From contig NC_086097.1 of assembly GCF_963921235.1 (NCBI RefSeq), forward strand, positions 85,128,001 to 85,192,000: DNA of 64,000 nucleotides, in the 5' to 3' direction. Origin of the DNA: Mobula hypostoma (lineage: Eukaryota). The notes beneath the pieces were generated by a model that was given only the letters and a program-made list of their open reading frames with translations, had not been told where the DNA came from and searched no databases. A program made the position numbers and the translations under genes. Within the stretch, counting starts at the first letter, position 1; each line of letters opens with the position of its first letter. Below are positions 23,880-36,175 of the stretch, piece by piece.

Positions 23880-26800
23880 AAATTACAGCAGGAGATAGAT
23901 AAGGTGTGTCAGAAAAGCCATGTATGATAATCATTGGAGATTTTAATATGAAAGTGGATTGGGAAAACCAGGTCAGTACTGGACCTCAAGAGACAGAATT
24001 TGTAAAATGTCTAAGGGATGGCTTTTTAAGAACAGCTTGTTGTTGAGCCCACTAGGGGATCGACTGTGCTAGACTGGGTGTTGTACAATGACCTGGAGTT
24101 CACTAAGGATAAGAGAGCTTAAGGTTAAGGAATCCTTAGAGAACAGTGATCACAATATGATCGAGTTCACATTGAAATTTGAGAGGGAGAAAAGAAAATT
24201 CAATGTGTTGGTATTTCTGTGGAATAAAAGAAATTGCAGTGGCATGAAAGGAGAACTGGCCGAACTTGACTGCAAAGGGACATTTGTGGGAAGGACAGCA
24301 GAGCAGCAATAGTTGGAGTTTCTGTGAAAAATGAGAGAAGTGCAAGACAGATATATTCCAAATTAGAAGAAATTTTCGAAGGGAAGAAGGACACTCTCGT
24401 GGCTGATAATTGAAGTCAGAGCCAAAGTAAAAGCAAAAGAGAGGGCATACAAGGAAGCCAAAGCTAGTGAAAAGATAGAGGATTGGGAGGCATTTATAAA
24501 TGTGCAGAAGGAAACTAAAAAGGTCATTAGGAAGGAAAAGATGAATTATGAAAGGAAGCTGATGACTAATATCAAAGAAGATACTAAAAGCTTTTTTAAG
24601 TATATAAATGGTAAAAGAGAGTTGAGGGTAGATATAGGACCAATACAAAATGATGCTGGAGATATTGTAATGAGAGATGCAGAGATGGCAGAGGAACTGA
24701 GTGCGTATTTTGCATCAGTTTTCACAGTGGAAGACGTCTGCAGTATATCGGACATTCAAGAGTGTCAGGGAAGTGAAGTTTGTGCAGTGAAAATTATGAC
24801 TGAGAAGGTGCTCCGGAAGCTTACTGGTCTGAGGGTGGATAAATCTCCTGGACCTGATGGAATGCACCCTTGGGTTCTGAAGGAAGTAGCTGGAGAGATT
24901 GCAGAGGCATTAATGATCTTCCAAGAATTGATAGATTGTACTGGATGACTAGAAAATTGCAAATGTTACTCCACTATTTAAGAAGCATGGGAGGCAGCAG
25001 AAAGGGAACTATAGGCTGAAGATATAGATCTGAAGGAAGTAGCTGGAGAGATTGCAGAGGCATTAACGATCATCATCTTTAAAGAATTGATAGATTCTGG
25101 CATTGTACCAGATGACTGAAAAATTAAAAATGCTACTCTGCTATTTAAGAAGGGTAGGAAGCTGCAGAAAGGAAACTATAGACCTGTTAGCCTGACATCA
25201 GTGGTTGGGAAGTTGTTGAAATTGATTGTTAGGGATGAGATTACGGAGTACCTGGAGGCACATGACAAGATAGGCCAAAGCCAGCCTGGTTTCCTGAAAG
25301 GAAAATTCTGCCTGACAAACCTACTGCAATTCTTTGAGGAAATTACAAGCAGAGTTGTCATGGTCCAGTCCGTGAATTCCACATTCTGGTTCACGGTCCA
25401 GTCCATGGACTCAAGACTCCGGGTCTTCCAGCTGTCCCTTGTTTCGGTTGGGTTAATCATAGGCACCTGATTCCCATCTTGAGGCTTGGAAAAGAGATAG
25501 CCTTAGGGTCGAGTGTGGGTGGCTGGCTCGTCTTGTCAAGATTCCCTGGGAGCAACCTGCCAGTGGAAGGGGCTAGAGCGGCCACTTGCCATCTTTAGGC
25601 CGCATTGGAGAACCGTCGCTTCATGGAACCTTGCTGTCGGTAATCGGAGCTGTCTTTGCAGTATGGATTCAGCCGTTTCCCAGGCCAGCTGAGTGGCTGT
25701 CAGCCACTCCGAGCTAGGTAGGGATCCGGCTGTTTCCGTAGCCAGCCGAGGTTGCTGGCTGTAACTGCAACTTGGAGCAATCCCAATGCAGAGATGGAAC
25801 TGTCTGTCGTTCTTCGGAGTTTGCCTCTTCTTATCCTCGCCGCCGTGGGGTAAGTCAGGCCATTCTGCCGTTACCCTACGGTTGGATCTGTCCCCTCTTG
25901 TCCTCACCTCTGTGGGGTAAGTCAGGCCGTTCTGCCGTTGCCCTGCGGGGGGATCTGTCTTGTCTTGTCTTTGCCTCTGTTGGGTAAGTCAGGCCTTTCT
26001 GCCGTTACCCGACCGATGGACCTGTCCCACCTTAGTGTGGAGATAAAGATGAGTCCCAGCTTTTCCATGGATAAGTCCTGGCTCTATGTCCATCTACTGT
26101 CCAGTCTCGTGTTAGTATCGTGTTAAAGATAAGTCCCGGCTCTACGTTGATGTACAGTTCCCAGTCTGTCCCCGAGCTCCAGCCTCCAAGTTATCAGTCT
26201 CCGCATTCCAAGACCGCAGCCTCCAGCCTCCAGCTTCGTCCTGTCCTGTAGCCATGTCATGTCCTTGCCCAGTTCTGGGGTCCAAGCCCGAGGCAAGACC
26301 CAGGTTCTGGGTCCTTGTCCAGTCTCTGGCTCGGAGTCCAAGCTAGGTTCCTAGTTCATAGTTCCTCGTCCGGGTTCCCTGTTTCTTGTCCACGTCCTAG
26401 CCCAGGTCCTGCACCCTTGTCCTGTTCCTAGTACTTCAGTGTCTGTGTCTTGCATTTGGGTCTGTTCCCAACACCCCCCTTTGTGACAAGAGTAGACAAA
26501 GGAGTTGCAGTAGATGTGGTGTGCTTGGATTTGGATTTTCAGAAGGCCTTTGACAAGGTGCTGCACATGAGGCTACTTAGCAAGATAAGAGCCCATGGAA
26601 TTACAGGGAGGTTAATAGCATGGGTGGAGCATTGACTGGTCAGCAGAAAACAGAGAGTGGGAATAAAGAGATTCTATTCTGGCTGGCTGCCAGTTACCAG
26701 TGGATTTCCGCGGGGGTCGGTGTTGGGACTGCTGCTTTTTATGATGTATGTCAATGATTTGGACTGTGGTATCAATGGATTTGTGACTAACTTTGCCAAT

Positions 26801-27675
26801 GATACAAAGATAGGTGGAGGAGCGGGTTGTGTTGAGGAAACAGAAAGCCTGCAGAGAGACTTAGATAGTTTAGGGGAATAGGCAAAGAAGTGGCAAATGA
26901 AATACAATGTTGGAAAGTGTATAGTCATGCATTTTGGTTGGAAGAAATAAACGGGCAGACTATTATTTAGATGGGGAGAAAATTCAAAATGCAGAGATGC
27001 AAAGGGACCTGGGAGTCCTTTGCAAGATGCCCTAAAGGTTAACCTCCAGGTTGAGTCGGTTGTGAAGAAGGCAAAGGCAATGTTAGCATTCATTTCTAGA
27101 GGTATAGGATATAATAGGGTTGTGACGTTGAGGCTGTATTAGGCACTCATGAGACCACACTTAGAGTATTGTGTGCAGTTTTGAGCTCCTTATCTTAGAA
27201 AGGATATACTGACTTTGGTGAGGGTTCAGAGAAGATTCACAAGAATGATTCCAGGAATGAAAGGGTTACCGTATGAGGAATGTCTGGCAGCTCTTGGGGT
27301 GTATTCCCTGGAGATCAAGACAATGAGGGGGGGATCTCATAGAAACATTCCAAATGTTAAAAGGCCTGAACAGATTAGATATGGCAAAGTTATTTCCCAT
27401 GGTAGGGGATTCTAGGACAAGAGGGCACGACTTCATGATTGAAGGACGTAAATCTGTGGGATTTGTTGCCATGAGCAGCTGTGGAGGCCAAGTCATTGGG
27501 TGTATTTAAGGCAGAGATAGATAGGTTCTTGATTAGCCAGTGCATCAAAGAGTATGGGGTGAAAGCAGGGGAGTGGGGATGACTGGAAGAATTGGATCAA
27601 CCCATGGTTGAATGGAGCAGACTTGGTGGGCCAAATGGCCTACTTCTGTTCCTATATCTTATGGTCTTATGGTCT
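23880..27675 (+). mobile_element. CR1 LINE, 5'-truncated, interrupted by a solo LTR
   Basis: Peptides 'SDHNMIEF', 'DKSPGPDGMHPWVLKE', 'LDFQKAFDKV', 'GFPRGSVLGLLLF...FANDTKIGG'. (TCTTATGG)n tail at ~27657-27678. Confidence 0.95.
25356..26488 (+). mobile_element. Solo LTR (Gypsy-type) inserted into the CR1
   Basis: TGTCA...TGACA termini and 5-bp TSD AGAGT (25351-25355, 26489-26493). The CR1 reading 'EEITSRVDKG' resumes across it. Strand is inferred. Confidence 0.9.
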
Positions 27676-29249
27676 TATTTAGTGGAAAGCTTATTTCAAA
27701 TCAATATTTTTCCTGTGTTGTTACCTACATTGGAAAGCTGTCTAAAAGCCAGCAACACTCAAACTACCAGTCGATTCAATAAAATGGATTGGGATTTCTT
27801 GCCTCATATCTGTTTGATGGTGGAGAAACAGGCAGACCAACAGTTCTAGCAGTTTGTATAATCGGCTTCAGGGGCCCTCTAGAACAAGTGGGACTTAATT
27901 ACAAAATAGAGGACCAGTCATTTAAAATAGAGGTATGGGGAAGTTTCTTGTCATGGAGTCTCTGAAATACTCTACCCCAGACAGTTGTGGGGATAGTTTG
28001 TTAGAAATATTTAAGCTGGAGGAAGATAAATTTATGAAAGATCAGAAAATAGCCGACTATTGTGAAATGAGGAGCTGATACCAGCTTTGGTCATATTGAA
28101 AGGCGAGTCAATCTTGAGAAGTCACTGACCCAACTCCTGCTCCCATTTTCTGGTGTTCTGTGTGTTCGCTTTATGCAGACCAGGAAGGGAAGGTAAAGGT
28201 GGGAGGTTCACATTTCCCCCACACGAGGGCGAGGGAGATGGAGAAAGCTGCAAACGAAAAGATGTGTGTTGAATTAATTTGATTAAAGAAGCAAAGTAGA
28301 AATGAGGAGGTGATAGAAATGAAATGGAAACCACTGCCTGAAAGTCTTTTGGTAACAGATTCAGTGTTTATTTTTTAGAAGGATCTTGGTTATGTACTTC
28401 AAGAAGAATATCCTTTGCAGGGCTTTGGAGAAAGAAAAGAGTGGGATTAGCTAGAAGCTCATTCAGAAAGCTGGCTGGAAGCCTCCTTCTATTCTGCATG
28501 AGTCTGTGATTCCTGCAATGTGGAATGTGCTACCACAGCAGTTCATAAAGCCAATTTAATCACAATGTTTAAGGAGGAGCTAGATAAGAAACATAGCCAT
28601 AGTCATAGTCATAGTCATACTTTATTGATCCTGGGGGAAATGAAGGTGCAGGCAGAGAACATCAAAACCAGACAGAAATATGTAAAATTATTAGAGGCAT
28701 AAATAGTGCAGATTGCAGGTGTCTTTCTTTCCTAGGGCAGAATTGTCAATTCTAAAGTGAATTGGCTTAAGTTGAGAGGGGTTAGATTAAAGGAGGTTTA
28801 TGAGGCAAGCTTTTTATGCAGAGAGTGGTGTTTGCTTGGAAGAGGTAGAAGCGGATATAATAGCAACATTTATGAGGCATTTAGACAGACGTGAACAGGC
28901 AGTAAATGGAGGCAGACAGGATGAGTTAGGTTGGCATCATTGTCTGTGTAGACAGGGCAGGGTGAAGGGCCTCTTCCTGTGCTGTGCTGTTTCCTTTTCC
29001 AAAATGAGACTGCTGTAAGTAGCACTGGTCTGCAGATAACTCTGAATATGTCTTTAAATTTCTACGACTGAAAGTGCTGCAGAACTTTAAAGCATACCTG
29101 CTATTGGCTCTTTGCTTCTTTGGGAATTTGAGGTGAATAGATGTCATAAACTCATGACATAAACTCATTATGTCCTACATGCGACTCCTTTCATTTCCTA
29201 AATCAACCAACGTCTGTACTGGTGGATTGAGGGGATGGTGAATGTTGTC

Positions 29250-31282
29250 ATAGATGCCTACCTTTACCAAAAGGAAGTAGTCCATAATTCAAATCCGCCA
29301 AAGGCTGCTGTTAAGCAAGCATGCAATGTATTGAGTGCCGCGATTAGCAAGCAAGTAACAGCGTACTGTGACGCCTTTCAAGTTGTTGTCAGGGACTTCG
29401 GTCAGGCTTGAAGAAATCTCTGCCCAATTACTATCAACATATCACCTGCACACCAGAGGTCTCAACACACTCGGCTACTACTGTACTATGATTAGGACTG
29501 CCTACCCTTCAATCTCTAGACCTCGTCTTGGGAAATTTAATCATTTGGCTGTCCTCCTCCTACCTGCATAAAAAGGAAGGCTCCAGAAGTAAGAATACCA
29601 AACAGGTGCTCACAGGAGACAGTGGAGTGGCTACCCTGTGATTTCAGACTCAGAAGCTGATATGAGAGCACCCTTCAGAAGGGTGAACCCATGGAAAACA
29701 TCTGGCCCAGACGGGGTTCCTGGCCAAATACTGAAGGCCTGTGCAATTCAGCTGGCTGGAGTGATACCTGATATCTTTAACCTCCTGCTTCAGCAGTCTG
29801 GCAGTCTGACATACCCGCCTGCTTCAAGGAGCCTTCAATTATACCCGTGCCCAAGAAGAACGTGGCAACCTGCCACAATGACTATAATCCTTTAGCACTC
29901 ACGTCCACTGCGATGAATTGCTTTGAGAGGTTGGTCCATGAATCATAGCAACTCCTGCCTGAGGAGCGACTTGGATCCACTCCCATTTGCCTACTATCAC
30001 AAAAAGTGAACGTCAGATGCCCTCTGCTTGGAACACCTGGATAGTGAAGATGCATACATCAGGCTACTCTTCATTGGCTACAGCTCAGCATTCAGTACGA
30101 GCATCCCTCAAAGGTAATCAATAATATAGGCCTCAATAGAACTGGATTCTCAATTTTTACACTTGTAGACCCCCGTCAGTTTGGACTGGCAACAGCATCT
30201 TCACAATTACCATCAGTACAGGTGTGCCACAAAGCTCTGTGCTTAGCCACCCCTGCTCTACTCGCATTATGCTTAAGGCTGTGTGACAGCTCCAATGCCA
30301 TTTTTCATTTTGCTGACCACATCACTGTCTATTGGCCCATTCAAAGGTGGTGACGAATCAGCATATAGAAGGGAGACTGCGAATCTGACTGAATGGTGCT
30401 GCAACAACAACCTCTCACTCACTGGAAGCAACAGTAAAGAGCTGATTATTGACTAGAGGAGGAGAAAATCGGAGTCCTGATCAGGGGATCAAAGGTGGAA
30501 AGAACTAGCAACTTTAATTTGCTCGGTGTTATCATTTCAGAGGACTCTGTCCTGGATCCAGTATGTAGCTGCCATTACAAAGTAGTCACAGCAGCGCCTC
30601 TACTTCCTTAGAAGTTCGTGCAGATTCAGGATGTCATCTAAAACTTGACGAACTTCAATAAATGCATGGTGCAGAATATACTGACTGGTTGCATCATGAC
30701 CTGGTAAGGAAACACCAATGCCCTTGAAGGGAACAACTTACAAAAAGTAGTGGCTATAGCTCAGTCCATCCCAGGTAAAGCCCTCCCCATCATTGAACAC
30801 ATTTACAAGGAGAGCAGTCGCAGGGAATCAGCATCTATCAATCAGGATCCCACAATCAAGGCCATCCTCTCTTCTCACTGTTGTAATCAGGAAGGAGGTA
30901 CAGGAGCCTCACATCCCACACTACCAGGTTCAGGAGCAGTTATTGCATTTCAACCATCAGGCTCTTGAACCGGAAACCAGAGGGGATAACTTTAGTCACC
31001 CCCCCCCCCCACCCCCTGGAACTTATTCCACAATCTATCCACACTCTTTTAAGGATTGCAACTCATGTTCTTGATATTTATTATTATTATTTCTTCTTCT
31101 TGTATTTGCAGTTTGTTGTGTTTTACACATTGACTGTTCGCCACCTCTGTCATGTGAGGTGTTTTATTGATTCTATTATGCTTCCTTCTATGTACTGTTA
31201 ATGCTCCACAAGAAGAAAATCTCAGGATTGTATATGGTGACATATATGTACTTCGATTTAAAAAAAATTACTTTGAACTTTG
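29250..31282 (+). mobile_element. Rex1/Babar-type LINE, degenerate and internally deleted
   Basis: 'RRVNPWKTSGPDGVPGQILKACAIQLAGVIPDIFNLLL', further RT remnants, and an (ACTTTGA)n tail at ~31270. Confidence 0.85.
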
Positions 31283-32620
31283 AACAATTCCTGGGATTCA
31301 CTGGCCCAAGATCACTCAAAGTGGAGACAAAAACATTCAGGATGCTGTTGAGAGTCTCGATTCCCAGTATTGGCATCATACAGAAGCTCCATGTAAGACC
31401 TGGAAGGAGAGCATCACCTCACAAACTACTTTCCATTTGGCAATTCTCTGCCCCATTTGTGGAAAATTCTGCAGTTCCAAAATAGCTTTCTTCAGCCACC
31501 TGTTGGATCATGGTGATTTTGCAATCCAAAATTTCTTTGAAAGTCAAGAATGTGGCATAAAATTGTTGGTTACAGTCGTTTGTTAAGTGTCAGGAAAATG
31601 AATAACAGGAAAAAGAAAAGAACAGAGAAATTGTGGTCATTTTGTATTACAAACAAGTGAGATTAGACAAAAACAGGACATTCCAGAGGTAAGAATAACC
31701 CATGAAATAGCCAGTTTCAGTGGCATGACACCTGGTGCAGAGAAACTTCTGGAAAAATACAGAATTAGCTACATTACAATTACTGAAAAATTCACTGAAC
31801 AATTACATATGTAGAGCTGATTATATAAAAATACAAGCAAGCACAGGAAAAGCTAAACTACAAGAAAAATAATAATTTTATACACTAAACCAACACACAT
31901 TAGAATCCACAAAACCGAAGTGAGAAGCAGAAAACTTTTCATTTGTTTTCTAAGTATTCTATATATAGTGCTGAGTAATAAAATTCCCATGCTCATGATT
32001 GTCAGCTGAATGTTATATTTCAGGATGTCCCTGCCCCTACCTTCACTGCGGCTGGCTTTTCTGTTAGAATAAGTCGTCTAGCTGTACAGCACAGCGGTGG
32101 TCCTCTGGTCTGCCACATCCGTGCCAAGTTAATTGCCATCAACATTAACAAAGGTTGTGCTCAGCATCAGAAGCAGTGGAAAAGCAAAAGGGCGGAATTC
32201 TTAGGTTCCATCCTCCCACTTTAATCCCTGCCCCAAATGTTACGCAAAACTTTTCTGTTCTGGGTGGTTCACTGTAACAGGCCATGCAACTTAGAATGCT
32301 GACTCTGTGCTCTGATCCAATCCCAGCTGATCTCACCCAACACCACACATTGTGCACTTGCACGCAGCAGCAACCATAGATTTTGTCACTTTCACTGGAT
32401 GCTGTCCAAGGGAAAGCAAACTTTGTATTCAAGGAAAATGCCCAAAGAAGTTAGTGTAATTTATAAAAAGGAGGGTGCCCACCTGATGACCCCCATGACG
32501 TACCTACCCTCCCTTCTTGTCACCACTCCAGACCGACTGCCAACATCGAGAGTGCCAACTTACCATAAGGATTGAAACATTAAGTCCTAGTAGCTCTACT
32601 ACTATATTTTATATATATAT

Positions 32621-32654
<34 letters not shown>

Positions 32655-32681
32655 AAATGTGTGTATGTATATATATATAGT

Positions 32682-33634
32682 GTCAGTGGCCACTTTATTA
32701 AGTACTGTAGCTCAGAAAGGTGATGTCCATTATTAAGGACCCTCATCGCCTCATCACCCAGGACATTTCCACTTGTTGTTACCATCAGGAAGGAGGTTCA
32801 AAGCCAAAGGGCACACACTTGGCGATTCAGTGACAGCTTCTTCCTCTCTGCCGTCCGATTTCTAAGTAGACCCATGAACACTACTTCACACCTTTATTAT
32901 TTCTGTTTTTGCACTATTTTTAAGTTAACTATTTAATATATACTTATTGTAATTTCTTTATTTATTCTAAATTCATCATGCATTGCATTGTACTGCTGCT
33001 GCTAAGTTAACAAATTTCATGACATATACCAGTGATACTGAACCTGATTTTGATATACTGATTCTGACTTAATAACATGGCCTTCTGCTGCTGTACCTCA
33101 TCCACTTCCAGGTTTGACGTGTTGTGCGTTCAGAGCTGCTCTTCTGCACACCACTGTTGTAACATGTAATTATATGAGTTACTGTCATCTTCCTGTCAGC
33201 TTGAATCAGTCTGACTGTTCTCCTCTGACCTCTTTCATTTTGTAGTTACTGCCTGTTAGACCACTGGCATTTAGGGCAGCAACTCTCTCATTAACAAGGC
33301 GTTTTTGCCCACAGATCTGCTGCTCACTGGACATTTTTTGTTTTTCTGCACCATTCTCTGTAAACTCTAGAGACTGTTTTGTGTGAAAATCCCAGGAGAT
33401 CAGCAATTTCGGAGATACTCAAACCACCCCATCTGGCACCAACAATCATTCCATGCTCAAAGTCACTTAGATCCCATTTCTTCCCCATTTTGATGTTTGG
33501 TCTGAACAACACTGAACATCTGAACCTTATTATACATGCTCTTATGCACTGAGTTGCTGCCACATGATTGGCTGATTACTTATTTGTATTAACGAGCCAG
33601 TGTACAGGTGAACCTAATAAAATGGTCACTGTGT
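32682..33634 (-). mobile_element. Tc1/mariner non-autonomous element with transposase N-terminus; Rex tail nested at ~32706-33068
   Basis: TIRs CAGTGGCCACTTTATTA...TAATAAAATGGTCACTG. 'MGKKWDLSDFEHGMIVGARWGGLSISEIADLLGFSHKTVSRVYREW' is a Tc1 helix-turn-helix. Confidence 0.85.
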
Positions 33635-33989
33635 GTTATGTTATGTTATGTTTTCTTGCATCAGCTAGCTTTGCCTTCTGTCAAAGACTATTTTAGAGGT
33701 AGTGTTTCTGCCCAATGCCAGGAAGTGGTGCCTTGGGATTGTTTACTTTTAAAGATACTTATTTAAATGCAATGTTTTCTATCAACTTTATTTACTTAAC
33801 TATATTAATTATGTTTAAATAAATTATATTAAGATTGTATATATATATATATATTGATTCTAACTAGTGTCAGTTGTGTGAACCGTGTTGCCATTGGATA
33901 CTACACCTTGCTTAGGGTGAACAAATTTTAATAGCATCAGTTGCATGTGTCACTGATAGTTGGGAAATAAGCAGTAAGAAAATTTAGAA

Positions 33990-34165
33990 ACATAAGAGAT
34001 TCTGCAGATGCTGGAAATCCAGATCAATGATCACAAAATACTGGAGAAACTCAGCGGGTCAGGCAGCACCTCTGGAAATGAGTAAACATTTGAGCTGAGA
34101 CACTTCATCAGGACTGGAAAGGAAGGGGGAAGAAGCCAGAATAAGAAAATGGGTGGAGGGAGAGC
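33990..34165 (-). mobile_element. Penelope-like pLTR fragment
   Basis: AGATTCTGCAGATGCTGGAAAT end. Minus-strand CAGTC-CTGATGA-AGTGTCTCAGCT-CAAA is a decayed hammerhead core. Confidence 0.75.
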
Positions 34166-34914
34166 AGAACAATTCGGAATTGTTTTGCTCATTGCAGTTT
34201 CAAGCATTCATGCTTGGAGATGCCACAAATGGCCGGGAGTGAAAATGAAACAATTTCACTGCTTCAACAAGTTAGGAACGAAAAAGAATTTGAAAGCAAT
34301 GAAATCATATTGAATGCTACAATGAAAGTAATGATTTGGATGATGCAATTGTTGAAAGCATTGTATAACAGCAGTCTATAATCTGAACTAGGTGTCTGCA
34401 CTAATTTTGTTCATTTAGTCAATTAAAAGAACATGACTGTGTTGATTGTCCCTTGTCCCGATGATGACAGTGAAACCTGTGTGGGAGAGTTTTAAAGTGG
34501 GAAAGCCATTGCGCTGGGGCAATTCCAGTCTCTTGACCTCAGAAGTCCAGTTCTAGTGGTACGAGTAGTCATCACAAACTGGCGTCTAGGCTGCAGTGGA
34601 TAGCCATGACTTCGTTTGTACCTTATTATGCCCTTTTTCAGAACTGCTTTCTTAGCCATTGGATCTCACTGTTGATCTACTCTAACCATTCTGCCAGAAC
34701 AGACTTCCCATGGTAGGAAAGGCATGTCCCTTTTTCACCGGTTTATGAGGCCCACCGGATATCCTTGCCTTGTTTAGCCTGCATGTGGAAGCAGTGTAGC
34801 AGCGTGTAGCCACTCTCACATGCAAACAGATACTGGGGGTCACAAGTGAGAGCTGAGTGTCCACTGGGGACCAAAGGTGCGTGAGCTGCCCCAGAATGGA
34901 CCTGACAAGCCCCT

Positions 34915-35052
34915 TGAGTCCTGGAGAAGGGTCTTGGCCCAGAACATCGACTGTTTATTCATTTCTATAGATGCTGCCTGATCTGCTGAGTTCCTCCAGC
35001 ATTCTGTGTGAGTTGCTCTGGATTTCCAGCCTCTTCAGAATCTCTTGTGTTT
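34915..35052 (+). mobile_element. Penelope-like solo pLTR
   Basis: TSD ACAAGCCCCT (34905-34914, 35053-35062). Decayed core GTC-CTGGAGA-AGGGTCTTGGCCC-AGAA. Confidence 0.8.
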
Positions 35053-35279
35053 ACAAGCCCCTCCACCAGAGGTGCTACCACTCTCTGGACACCCCATACA
35101 CAGCAGTGTACACTGGATGATTACCCTCAGGAATTACAGTATATATATATACCTTCAAAGCCAATCAAGGATTTCTCATATGCACTGTTTTACAAATTTC
35201 CTGATCTGACATTTAACTTCAGAATCAGAATTACTATTAATATCACTGACATATGTTGTAATTATATATAATTAAAATA

Positions 35280-36173
35280 CAGGTTCAGCGCCCCTTATCC
35301 AAAATTCCAAACTCCGAAAACCACCAAAATGCAAATTTTTTTTGAGCGCTGGCATGACGTCACAAATGAGTAATTCCACAAGGAGCGGGGAAGGTTTCCA
35401 GGTGATGCATGGGTCTCTGTGCACCACAGACAGTTCTGAGAAGTGACCTCGCATATATAATGAACAGAAGTTAATGAAAAATAGAAAAACACTGCATAAG
35501 GTGAAAATGAAGATCTCAATTGTGTATTGAAAGAATGGAAGTATCAGCGTTGGTGTGAACATGTGTTGCATATGATATGCTGATCATGAAACAAGCAAAG
35601 GTTTATCATGACAAACTGAAAATTGAGGTAATTGTGAATACTCAGCAGGCTGGTTGCATAATTTAAGGTAAGGCACAACATTATATTTTTAACCATTTCT
35701 GGGGATAAAGCAGCTGCTGATCATGAAGCAGCAGATAAATTAATTGATGACTTCATCATGATCATCACTGATAAACATCTCGCATGCCGAAGGGCTACAG
35801 CAGTACATATGTGTGATGAACAAGTGTAAGGCAAAGACTATTTATTGGTAGCACAAAAATTCAGAGTTGGGAATGATGCCAAACAGCCACTGACTGTCCA
35901 TCTGGATGGCTAAGATATTGATAGCTTACCTTCCTGTTGGTTTAATGTACACATTATTGTTTCATGCACAAAATTATTACAAATATTATATAAAACAACC
36001 TTCAAGGTATGTGTATAAGCAGTATATGTAATGTCAGTGGATTTCATGTTTAGACTTTGGTCCTATCCCCAAGCTATCTCATTATATAGGTGCAAATATT
36101 CTAAAATCAGAAAATATCCGAAATCTGAAACATTTCCAACCCTAAGCATTTCAGGTGAGGGGTGCTCAACCTG
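35280..36173 (+). mobile_element. Tigger/pogo DNA transposon, internally deleted
   Basis: TA-flanked TIRs CAGGTTCAGCGCCCCTTATCC / GGTGAGGGGTGCTCAACCTG. Internal CENP-B-type remnant 'MLIMKQAKVYHDKLKI...AGWL...ISGDKAAADHEAA'. Confidence 0.85.
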
Positions 36174-36175
36174 TA

